A stretch of 64,000 nucleotides of DNA from Octopus bimaculoides (lineage: Eukaryota): positions 3,087,098-3,151,097 of the forward strand of contig NC_068999.1 in the NCBI RefSeq assembly GCF_001194135.2, written 5' to 3'. Below are positions 37,636-45,980 of the stretch, piece by piece (position 1 is the first letter of the stretch; the number at the start of each line of letters is the position of its first letter). Below the pieces are notes generated by a model. That model made no database searches and was not told where the DNA came from. It saw only the letters and a list, made by a program, of their open reading frames with translations. The position numbers and the translations under genes are program-made.

Positions 37636-40600
37636 AAAAGTCATTTTCTGTTTACCAAATCCCCTCACAAGGCTTTGGTCAGCCTGAGGCTATAGTAGAG
37701 GACATGTGCCCAAGGTACCACGCAATGGGACTGAACCCCAGAACCATGTGGTTGAGAAGCAAACTTCTTACGCTGTGTTTTAATGATGTTGACTGCTCCA
37801 GTTTATAGTAAGGTTGGGGTCTCAATGCAGTGTTGTTTAACCCTTTAGCATTTAAACTGGCCTAAATATTCTGCTTTGCATTCAAACCAGCCAGATCCTG
37901 TCTCTCGCACCTACCCTATAATGTCGTGCCAAAAATATGTAATCACACAATCGAAGTCTTGAAACTACAAGATAATGCATGGTTGATTGAAAACAAAGTG
38001 ACTGAATAAGTATTACATTTGACATAGCAATCCGAATGGCAAAAGGTTCCGGGAAACTGATTACTAATGATGTGTTAGTGACGAGTTTGGGGTCATATAA
38101 TGCTTGATTGAGCACATCCTCTGTGACTTTTGTCTCTCAGTGGTACAGTCGTTTTTTTATTTCTAATTAGAATGTAATTTTCAATTTCTAATTAACAGCA
38201 TTGCCATTGCTTTGGGTTCATCTGTGAACTGTGCAACAATGATCATGACATTATCTTCCCGTTCCAGTTAAATAAAGTCATCAATTGTCCTCGTAAGTAC
38301 CCGCTTTTCATGAATGGATTCTGCATCAGGTTGGGAATTGTGTTCTGTTGCTATGGTTACTGATATCATGTGATTGCAACGCTTCTGTTTCTCGAAGTCA
38401 TGTGACTGTAATAGTGGACTGCTAAAGTACACCAGTGACACCATTGAATAACTGGATGTGATCTGCTGGAGTTTCTCAGTTGTCGTCCGACCCACTTTAA
38501 AACCTGTTCGGTTGATGGAGATTCTTTTTGCTTGTTTGTTTCACCAACCGAAGACATCTTTAAAATTGAACCAATGAGAAACTCTTCATTGGGGCTTGAC
38601 CTGCTAGAAATAGCAGCCAGATCTCTCTTTAATCGTAACGTATTGCTATAGAGAAGATATTGGATAATATAGGTTGTGATTGACTGACTGAAAAGGTGAG
38701 ATGGTCAAAGTCAGAATGGTTTTGATTCATAGGTTTGTTGGAATTGTCTCAATGAAGTTGTTCACATTTAATTAAACTCCATACAAGGATCTTTACTGTC
38801 CCCTCATCAAACCTCATTCTGTTACCATATAAAGATGCTGCCCTTTTTTGAACCAGTTTTAGTAAAACTCATCAGCTGTTGCCCTAAATAAATCCCTCTC
38901 CATTAATTAAGCAATTTCTCTCCTTGTTTGAATTAAATGATTCTTTACATTAATTATAATTTCTTTATTTTTAAACGAAAGCCTCATCAATCAGGTTGGT
39001 TCAACTCTCTTCTTTTTCCTGTCCTCTGCCTCTCTAACATCTTATCTGCATACAGACATATAGAAACACACACACGGGTTCCCATTTTCTGCCTTTCAAC
39101 ATTTGGGGCTTTTGATTTGTGGGTTAAATAATCATATTTTTGGGTTATCCCTAAATTAGTTGACAAATTTTGACTTTGTTCTTCTTTTTTTTTGGTAACC
39201 TACAGGAAACTATGTCCCTTTGCCAGTTGAGTCCCCAAATTTAAGTCAATCTTTGAGAGTCATAACAGATTACTCAGTGACACCATCTGTATGAAAGACA
39301 ACAGTTTAGTTAGTGGTAACATATTTAATAAAGTTGATATCAAAAATCTAATTGGACATAACGACTAATATTATTTTAACTGGCAAGTATGGGAGACAAC
39401 CCAAGCATGTTTCAGTGTTATGTTATTAGACCTCCTCAGCAAAGAATTACTGTTCTTATCAAAAAGCAATTTTAAGGTATTTTCGGAGAATTAAAACAAT
39501 GATAAGTTAATTACCAATTAAATTAAGTTAATTTTTAATTAACATAATTCAACTCTAAATTAAATTATTTATGATTGTAAAGTTGCACCTTACAATGCTA
39601 ACAAACCGAATTCTCCCGCCCCCTTCTCCTTATTGACCTGGGAATAATATAATGGAGTATCTGCTATTGATCAATTAATATTTGGTTTATTAACTTCGTT
39701 TCGTTTAGTAGTTAATTATGAATAAATTTAATGGGAAAATAGATTGCAACAGTGACAGGGTTGTTAAAGGAACGTTGATTCCGTCTACCAGCAGAAAAAG
39801 AGGACAAGGTTCCCCCTATGTTACCAGGATCAGATTTTTTGAGGGAAATATTACTGTTGTGATTATTATTATTATTACTACTACTACTAATATTGTTGCT
39901 GTTAAGGCAGTCAGCTGGCAGAATCATTAGCATGCTGGGCGAAATGCTTAGCGGTATTTCGTCTGCCGTTATGTTCCGAGTTCAAATTCTGCCGAGGCTG
40001 ACTTTGCCCTCATCTTTTCGGGGGTTGATAAATTAAGTACCAGTGAAACACTGAGGTCAATGTAATTGACTAGTCCCCCCCCCCAACTCCAAATTTGAGG
40101 CCTTGTGCCTCCAGTAGAAAGGATTATTGTTATTATATTTATTATTATTATTATTACTACTACTATTATTGTTGTTGTTAAAGTGGAGAGCTGGTGGAAT
40201 CATTAAAATGCGGGGCAAAATGTTTAGCAACATTTTGTCTGTCTTTATGTTCTGAGTTCAAATTCCGCTGAGATCAATTTTGCCTTTTATCCTTGCAGGG
40301 TTGATAAAATAAGCACCAGTAGAAATTGCTGGCCTTGATCCAAAATTTAAAACCATTTATTATTATTATTATTATTATTGGTGGTGGTGGTGGTCAAATA
40401 CTTCTATACTTCATAGCTGACCGTTTTTGTTGTTTTAATTTCAATTGTTTTTGGAAATATGCTTTTGTCTGACACTGGGTCAATTTGCCACTGACACATA
40501 CATTTTCTGTGTATCAATTCCACTGACAACACATTGGTTAACCCTGGGTTATAAAGTTTAAGGAGTCACGGAGTAGAACTGAGCCTGAAACCATTGTAGA

Positions 40601-41643
40601 ATTGGTAATATTAGCATGATTCTATTTATACAGTTCTGACCCCTTTTAAGTGAGAAGTACCCCTAATTATGTGTTGGTTTTGACCACAGTAATCCACCTG
40701 ACTCATGCCAACATGGAAAGTTGATGTAAAACAATGATGATGATAATGTAGAATTGCATTAATAATTTTGTTTTTCTTGCTTTATTGTTTGTTTGTTTTT
40801 TATGTACATATTTTTATTTGTGTTTTGTATTCCTTCTCTTTAGATTGTAAAGCTTGTTACCACATTAGTTGTTTCATACCCAATAAATGTCCGAAATGTG
40901 CTCGTATTGCTGTCAGGTGAGTTCTTTTTCACTGAATTTTGGGAAAATGATAAATTTTGGATGGAAGAAGGTGACAATAATGATGAGTTTAAAGTTTTAG
41001 AAGTGTTTGGAATATTTACGCCTTTATGCTCTGTGTTTAAATTAAAACAGGGTCAATTTATCTTTTGTCCTTTTGGTGTTGGCAAAATAAGTATTATTCA
41101 AGTTCTGGGGATCAGTTAACCCAACCCTTAAAGACGTGACATCAGTACCTTAAATATGATTACACTCAGATATACATATATATTGTTGCTATTATACAAA
41201 AATGTCATAAGTCCAAAACAGTGCTTTTTCAGAAAACGAGAAAACAGCTTCACCATTCCATAGCCAAACCTTTGACAAATTTTGATATCTTGGCATCTGA
41301 AGCAGCTGGAGATACGATAGTTTGACCAAAAGAACCAGCTATTGCAAACAAAAATAAATATTGAAAAAAATGCATTTAGCCAAATTTACAACAGTTTAAC
41401 ATAATAGCAACAATTTGTAAATATATATAATATATGTATATATATTATCATCATTTAACGTCCGCTTTCCATGCTGGCATGGGTTGGACGGTTTGACTGA
41501 GGACTGGCAAGCCAGAAGGCTGCACCAGGCTCCAGTCTGATCTGGCAAGGTTTCTACTGCTGGATGCCCTTCCTAACACCAACCACTCTGAAAGTATAGT
41601 GGGTGCTTTTTATGTGCCACCGACCCGAGACCCAGTCAGGTGG

Positions 41644-41684
<41 letters not shown>

Positions 41685-44600
41685 GAGAACAGATTTAACA
41701 CATCCAAGTTTTATTTTTCAGTTAATTACATCTTTATATATATATGTGTGTGTGTACTTCTAGTTAAACTGTTCATGTATAGCCAGTGAATGTATATATA
41801 AAATGAATGTAGCAATGGCTTTTAATATGTTGTCAGTTAATGGCCTTTAGTAAGTAATCAGTAAATGTATGTATAATATAAATGCCACAACAACCTTTAG
41901 TATGCAATCTGAACGCCTGTAAATGATAAACGCAGCAACAAGCTTTAATGTATAGTCAGTGAATGTGTGTATATAATGAACAGTGACAGCCTATGAACAG
42001 AACTTACATGATGTTGGAGTATATATTTATTTTGGATAAGCTTAAAAATTTTTAAAAAATCAATTTTAAAAGCTGTTAAGGCAGAGATTGTTAGAAAGTT
42101 CTCTGTAAACATTTGTGTGTTAAATGAAACCATTTTCTGAAATCATTGGTATGAAATAATTTTCAACTTGTCTTCAGAGAAGTTAAAAACGAAGGTGACT
42201 GATGCCTATTTGTGGAAGTGACATTATCTCGCTACTGGTAAAGTATTCCTTGTAGTGAAACTTCATCAATTTTAATCCCTTTCAATCAAACCTGTCTACC
42301 ATTTCTGGTGTGATCAACAACTACAAAAGATCAATAGTTTAAATTAGGCATTGCTGTCCCTTCTTTCTGCCTCGATACACCTGTATTGTTGTTGTTGTTC
42401 TAATTATATTTTTAAAATATCGTCTAGAACAATCTACTAAATACTTTGTCTGGAAATATAAAAAAAAACCCTTTCAGGTTGAGTTTTTTTTTTTTTTATG
42501 TTTTGTATTGACAACTTGCATTGGGCATGATGAGGGCTGCAGCACATTCTTTCATCATCCATCATCTAAATTTTATCTGCAGATGTGGAATCATTCTCCT
42601 TCATCAAAGTCCTTACTTTCAATCATCTACCGTGGGTTGGTTTCCAGAGGATAACTCAGCCGCAAGGCATGCACACATCTATAAAGGATTCGGATGGTAC
42701 CTTGCAGCAAACTGCAGCCCTTTTTCTGTTTTGTTGGTCCACTGGGAAGAAATGGCTGATTGGTCCTTCTTTGAAAGCCATCGGGAGCATCTGAGTGTGG
42801 CAGCCATCAAGGAACATGGCTATAGATCCAAGGAGGGTTGTCCTGATATGTTGCTATGAAAATGTTCATCTTAGGTTGTCTGTTGAGACTGGGTGCCCAA
42901 ATTCTCATCTTATCATTGAGCATGTTGCGTTATTGGCCCTGGCTTGTATATCAATATAGATTGGACCTTGGTTGATCTCTGTTCAAGCTATGAACCCCCA
43001 GCCCTCATTAAAGGGTGTCCTGCCATAAATTTTATGTCTTTCAACATGTGGTCACCATATCAGAGAAATTTGTGGTGTTGAAAAAAAGATCTGGTAGCTT
43101 TTTTTGATCAGAATGTGGCATCACTCCATTCCTGGAACATTTGGGTCTTCTTTCATCAAGCGAGCTGAGTTGTATGATGCACCTACACAACTCCATCTTT
43201 TGCACCAACCAGATTTAATCAAAAGACATCAACCTACTGCAGATATGACTGCATTGTCCTTCACCTATTGCAGCTGTGCACCAGACTGTCAACCTTACCC
43301 TGCTAAAAGACATTACGAGCTGCATCCCATCACACTAAATAATCTATATATAAAATATTGATTAGGAAAATTTCCTAAAGATGAGACTCAATATCTAAAA
43401 CCTAAACTATTGATCAGTGTTCAATATATTTGAAGATATAACTCTCTTTGTAGATTGGAAGCATGATATTTTGTCACTGTCCAGAAACTGTTTGTTCTTT
43501 AATTGGCTGTCAAATATCCACCTTCTACAGCTGCCTTCATAATCTTACATTTAACAATTCCTTTGACAATCTTAGCATCATTATCTTCTTCGTAATTTCC
43601 AAACTGACAATAGTTCATGCATGTTTCTTTTTTTCTCTTCAATTTCAACTTAAAATTAAACAAAATTCTGCAAGAAGAACCTTTACTGGCTTGAGTTTGT
43701 TTTCCATTTTAATAAACTGCTTCAGCATGAATTCAAGACTTGTTAACCCATAACTAAACATTATATAAATATTAACTAAACGGTCATGCCATCTTCTAGT
43801 CTTTTAGATTCTTCTAAACTTCATTTTTCTCACTAACCCTTACCTGATTTCCTAACTGCCTGTCTTTGCTGGTTTAAATAAGCTTTATAAAAACCTAATT
43901 AATTTCATGAAAACTTAAATTTCGTAGAAACCTAATTAATTTTAAAGTTTTTACATATATATATTGTTAGTCAATCACTGGAACTATTAATTTCTTGCAT
44001 ATACACCAAGTTACTTATTTTAGGACAGTGTGTCTCCATCATCTGTTATATATTACTGATACTTGTTGAAGGGAATAAATGTAGAACCGATCTGGGTAAG
44101 AATTGAACTCAGAATTATTACAAGTGAAATTAAATCCTATCGAGTGTTTGGGACAGTTTTTCTATTACTTCATTCATGTCCATATTTGGAAGAACTATTG
44201 AAGCATTGTGTGTGTATCTGTTCATGCCTGTGTTTCTCTTGAATTATGGCCTGTTTTTTAATTTTACCTCGGAGTCAGTTTCTGTTTCTGTTTTTCTTGC
44301 TTCATATTCTACATCTCTCTCCAAGATTTTACAGAACAGAAGTTTCCCCGTGTGAGGTATTTCTTTTTGATTGATGTTTGCTAAGTCCTATGTTTTCTTG
44401 CTCTGGAAAAGAATTGGGGTGGTGAGTGCTTTTGTCGAAATAAATATGTTTGATTCAAACTGGATTCTATTTTTATCCTGAGTTGAGAAAGGCCTAGCTC
44501 TTTGACTTTTTTAAAATTCCATTATCTATTAATTTCAGGCAATGTTTTTATAGTTATAGAAAGCCTTTCAGTTTTTTCAGTTGTATATGCCATAGTTCTG

Positions 44601-45980
44601 GATTTACTACATGCATCTTGCTATGCTGTATGGCATATTTCATTTGCTGTGAGATAGGTGTGATGTCTCTGTTATATTAGTGTGTATCTGTTTATAGAAT
44701 GTCTGTTTTGATCCTGGTAACTCATAATTTTACAATGATGTCCAAGAATGGTAGTTCTTTTTCACTAGTTACCATTGTAAATTTACTGGACGGACGAAGG
44801 GTGTTTAAGACATTATGAAACACATGTAATTTATTTTTGGTTTATTCCAAAAAATAAGTCATTGAAAAATGCTCTCATTTCTCAATGACATATTCTTTAA
44901 ATGTTTGGTTGAATGGTATTTCTGTTTTCCAAAATAGCTTCTCTTCTAGGTATCCCATTACTAGATTTGCATATGACGGTGCCTCTCTTGAATCCATTGC
45001 TGTTCCTTTAATCTGTCTCTGTCCTTCCATTAAAGTTAAAGGTGTTTTATTCCAATATAATTGTAGAGTTTTGATGATGAACTATGTTTTAAAGCATTTA
45101 TTTACTTATACCTCTGTTTTTCCATCCTGGATCTAATCACTGTAAGGCCTAATGTATGTTGTATGTTGGTATGCAGGTTAGTTACATAATAGCTTGCTAA
45201 AATGGGAGTTGTGCTCCCTCCACTATGACTATAACATCATGCTTGAATGATGCTTTTAACGTTCCACTGGCACAGGTGCCAATCATCTCTGTAGAATACT
45301 GCCTCAACGGGTTTTGTCCAATCCAGGCCAGAATGGTCAAAATGTGTGTATGTGTGTGTGTGCCTCCCTGCTTCCACAACTGGCTGAAAAAAGTATCAAT
45401 AGAGATTGATGTTCAAAATTTTTAAAGTCAGTGATTTAGGGAAGTTTGATAAAACATTTGGGATGAGTTTTGGGATAGAAGTTGACTGGAAAGTTCTTCC
45501 ATAAAACTGATGGAAAGTCTAATCACTGAAGTTTAGTCTTTATTATTGATGTTAATGAGAGTTTGGTTGAGGTAATAGCAATGGGTGTTAAAGCGGAGTG
45601 GGATTGTAGTAACATGTGACCAGGAGTGGGTTGGTATGAAGAATCATAGAATCTGGGAATTGTAAGGAAGGAAACATGACTTTGTATGAACTTAATTTTA
45701 GCAATATTAAATAACATGCTAATTTTTCGGCCTAATTACACCTAAAGCAATAGTTAACATTCTAATTTTAAAGACTATCTTTGTCAGTGTTTCTTGGAGA
45801 AATAAATGTCAAATTTTCTGTTAAAATGAGACAAAAATATTTGAAATAAGAATTGCAGAGATAAGTTGAAGAAATTGTTTGTTTGATTCAGTTTGGTAAC
45901 ATGGTGAATGTGTTTTTTATTTCAGAAGGAAAGTGCAACAACAGCGATCAACCGATATAGAAGAAGAAGAAAACGGCTGA
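3518..45980 (+). CDS. RUBCN: Rubicon (RUN domain and cysteine-rich domain Beclin-1-interacting protein), whole gene span; 22 coding exons, 937 aa
   Basis: Hand-spliced join(3518-3540,13076-13220,17065-17287,23453-23559,25152-25323,26058-26663,26793-26917,28286-28459,29221-29263,30100-30150,30580-30654,31460-31496,32196-32343,32781-32846,33456-33529,35193-35257,35948-36251,36851-36929,37455-37529,38199-38292,40844-40916,45926-45980) = 2814 nt. All introns are GT-AG, all phases match, and there is no internal stop. Motifs recognised from Rubicon family knowledge: [63 protein letters not shown]. Confidence 0.95.
8990..9110 (-). mobile_element. SINE family A, partial (further minus copies at ~7420-7555 and ~10955-11075)
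   Basis: AAAGTCGACC..GAATTTGAACTCAGAAC..ATGATTCTGC. Confidence 0.75.
9182..9335 (+). mobile_element. SINE family B, 5' part
   Basis: Family B consensus match. Confidence 0.8.
12347..12376. other. Assembly gap
   Basis: N run. Confidence 1.
12377..12660 (+). mobile_element. SINE family A, locally duplicated
   Basis: Identical tails at 12377 and 12588. Confidence 0.8.
13076..13220 (+). CDS. RUBCN: Rubicon exon 2, start of RUN domain
   Basis: ttcag|G ... CTT|gtaagt; [48 protein letters not shown]. Confidence 0.93.
13518..13870 (+). mobile_element. tRNA-headed SINE (TTCTTGGGCAAG block) followed by an RTE-type 3' tail repeat
   Basis: A/B-box head GGCTCAGTGGTTAGAGCG..GAGTTCAATTC. The body is the reverse complement of ~35340-35532; related heads at 62660-62860 (+) and 57090-57285 (-). 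Confidence 0.7.
15685..16212 (+). mobile_element. Degraded RTE-type LINE 3' end
   Basis: [16 protein letters not shown]...[20 protein letters not shown], then [18 protein letters not shown] with frameshifts; ends in (TGAA)n tail. Confidence 0.75.
16276..16522. mobile_element. piggyBac-like MITE, family 1
   Basis: TTAA|CCTTTTAGCATT ... AATGCTAAAGGG; same family at 37841-38046 and inverted at ~21466-21630. Confidence 0.65.
16785..17050 (+). mobile_element. SINE family A with (ATT)n tail abutting Rubicon exon 3
   Basis: Family A consensus match. Confidence 0.8.
17065..17287 (+). CDS. RUBCN: Rubicon exon 3, RUN domain
   Basis: ccccag|GAT ... T|gtaagt; [18 protein letters not shown]...[21 protein letters not shown]...FYY. 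Confidence 0.92.
18577..18970 (+). mobile_element. tRNA-derived SINE family B (CORE-like CCTTGGGCAAG block), full length
   Basis: GGAGTGGCTGTGTGGTAAG..GGTTCAGTCCC..CACCTTGGGCAAGTGTC..AGAAGCCCGTCG, microsatellite, then 3' part GTGCTCCAGCATGGCCGCAG. Other copies or parts at ~5980-6180, 9182-9335, 24790-25010 (+) and 18120-18420, 19565-19697, 37015-37075, 37640-37775 (-). Confidence 0.85.
19408..19501. other. Assembly gap
   Basis: N run. Confidence 1.
19565..19697 (-). mobile_element. SINE family B, inverted copy with internal deletion
   Basis: Reverse complement of 18577-18735 lacking ~28 nt. Confidence 0.82.
20973..21042. repeat. (CA)n microsatellite
   Basis: Read directly. Confidence 0.97.
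21638..21958. mobile_element. piggyBac-like MITE, family 2
   Basis: TTAA|CCCTTTCAATACCAACC ... GGTTGGTAACGAAAGGG|TTAG; related 3' half at ~22960-23075. Confidence 0.7.
23453..23559 (+). CDS. RUBCN: Rubicon exon 4, end of RUN domain
   Basis: ttcag|CT ... CTT|gtaagt; [36 protein letters not shown]. Confidence 0.92.
23938..24290. repeat. ~110-bp direct repeat pair
   Basis: GTAATAGTTTATTGCTAAAAATAGGTATT..GTGGGTGAATGAGGAATGTCCCT..CATCTGAGT at ~23938 and ~24177. Confidence 0.85.
25152..25323 (+). CDS. RUBCN: Rubicon exon 5, linker
   Basis: cttcag|CTG ... C|gtaagt. This is the phase 0-to-1 exon needed to bridge exons 4 and 6; [17 protein letters not shown]...QAIPI. Confidence 0.8.
26058..26663 (+). 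CDS. RUBCN: Rubicon exon 6, Ser/Asn-rich linker
   Basis: Core of the 218-aa ORF 26045-26701; ttcag|CA ... TCT G|gtaagg; contains HKRCQSD. Confidence 0.88.
26793..26917 (+). CDS. RUBCN: Rubicon exon 7
   Basis: ctctcttccatttcag|CC ... AGG|gtacgt; ...[24 protein letters not shown]. An alternative in-phase acceptor at 26829 is possible. Confidence 0.85.
28015..28240 (+). mobile_element. SINE family A
   Basis: Family A consensus match. Confidence 0.8.
28286..28459 (+). CDS. RUBCN: Rubicon exon 8, ENAHF / coiled-coil region
   Basis: ttgcag|GAA ... GAG|gtaagt; [20 protein letters not shown]...[23 protein letters not shown]. Confidence 0.93.
29221..29263 (+). CDS. RUBCN: Rubicon exon 9 (43 nt)
   Basis: tcacag|AAA ... 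A|gtaagt; [14 protein letters not shown]; phase 0 to 1. Confidence 0.75.
29343..30060 (+). mobile_element. Three head-to-tail SINE family A copies
   Basis: Heads at ~29343, ~29606 and ~29843, separated by (ATT)n tails. Confidence 0.85.
30100..30150 (+). CDS. RUBCN: Rubicon exon 10 (51 nt)
   Basis: tctttccag|AT ... T|gtaagt; [16 protein letters not shown]; phase 1-1. Confidence 0.78.
30580..30654 (+). CDS. RUBCN: Rubicon exon 11 (75 nt)
   Basis: cttttcag|TT ... G|gtaac; [24 protein letters not shown]; phase 1-1. Confidence 0.78.
30915..31217. mobile_element. hAT (Charlie-like) MITE
   Basis: Ends (a)AGTGCTTCTCAAA / TTTGAGTAACACTG; perfect 8-bp TSD GTCTAGTG at 30907-30914 and 31218-31225. Confidence 0.88.
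31460..31496 (+). CDS. RUBCN: Rubicon exon 12 (37 nt)
   Basis: gtttcag|AT ... AG|gtgag; [12 protein letters not shown]; phase 1 to 2. Confidence 0.78.
31600..31852 (+). mobile_element. RTE-type 3' UTR repeat, partial
   Basis: gccagtgccg..ggcacgtaaaagcacccactacactctcggagtggttggcgtt. Confidence 0.65.
32196..32343 (+). CDS. RUBCN: Rubicon exon 13
   Basis: ttttctag|C (or tandem acceptor at 32202) ... GCT|gtaagt; [36 protein letters not shown]. Confidence 0.9.
32781..32846 (+). CDS. RUBCN: Rubicon exon 14
   Basis: ctcttgcag|TTA ... AGG|gtaagt; [22 protein letters not shown]. Confidence 0.9.
33015..33210 (+). mobile_element. SINE family A
   Basis: Family A consensus match. Confidence 0.78.
33456..33529 (+). 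CDS. RUBCN: Rubicon exon 15
   Basis: tttcag|ACA ... AA|gtaagt; [24 protein letters not shown]. Confidence 0.93.
33838..34158 (+). mobile_element. 5'-truncated RTE-clade LINE (RT C-terminal region with PHD-like finger), running into a gap
   Basis: Uninterrupted frame [13 protein letters not shown] ... CSVC..CTRC.LWTHKRC..CGRC ... [12 protein letters not shown]. GLxVNxxKTK and F-x-YLG are non-LTR RT motifs. Confidence 0.85.
34159..35104. other. Assembly gap (946 N)
   Basis: N run inside Rubicon intron 15; no Rubicon exon is missing across it, since phases match. Confidence 1.
35193..35257 (+). CDS. RUBCN: Rubicon exon 16, start of RH domain
   Basis: attacag|A ... G|gtaag; [21 protein letters not shown]. 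Confidence 0.92.
35340..35532 (-). mobile_element. SINE 3' part, same family as 13518-13720
   Basis: GGCAAAGGGGCCGATACAACTTGGC shared in reverse with ~13670-13700. Confidence 0.65.
35948..36251 (+). CDS. RUBCN: Rubicon exon 17, RH domain
   Basis: ttccag|CC ... AG|gtgagt; [37 protein letters not shown]...KICRHASI. Confidence 0.95.
36851..36929 (+). CDS. RUBCN: Rubicon exon 18
   Basis: tttttcag|T ... TTG|gtaag; [26 protein letters not shown]. Confidence 0.9.
37455..37529 (+). CDS. RUBCN: Rubicon exon 19
   Basis: tttcag|GTG ... GAG|gtaagt; [25 protein letters not shown]. Confidence 0.9.
37841..38046. mobile_element. piggyBac-like MITE, family 1
   Basis: TTAA|CCCTTTAGCATT; internal sequence similar to the 16276-16522 copy. 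Confidence 0.65.
38199..38292 (+). CDS. RUBCN: Rubicon exon 20
   Basis: taacag|CAT ... C|gtaagt; [31 protein letters not shown]. Confidence 0.92.
39905..40380 (+). mobile_element. Two head-to-tail SINE family A copies
   Basis: Heads at ~39905 and ~40183. Confidence 0.82.
40844..40916 (+). CDS. RUBCN: Rubicon exon 21
   Basis: ctctttag|AT ... AG|gtgagt; [25 protein letters not shown]. Confidence 0.93.
41448..41645 (-). mobile_element. RTE-type 3' UTR/tail repeat (GAAGGGCATCC motif, (GAT)n tail)
   Basis: catcatcatttaacgtccgctttccatgctggcatggg..ggatgcccttcctaac. Other copies at ~6495-6800 (-), 13730-13870 (+) and 31600-31852 (+). Confidence 0.75.
42480..43300 (-). mobile_element. Highly degraded non-LTR (RTE-like) LINE 3' fragment
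   Basis: Remnant peptides GLQFAARYH and ILWKPTHGR resemble the RLxFAGH...LWxPxHGxR C-terminal motifs; many stops. Confidence 0.45.
44640..45190 (-). mobile_element. Penelope-like element RT fossil (may extend to ~44100)
   Basis: Minus-strand peptides in the order expected for PLE RT: [74 protein letters not shown]; stops and frameshifts present. Confidence 0.8.
45926..45980 (+). CDS. RUBCN: Rubicon terminal coding exon
   Basis: tttttatttcag|A AGG ...; phase 2 matches; [17 protein letters not shown] (TGA 45978-45980). Confidence 0.72.
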
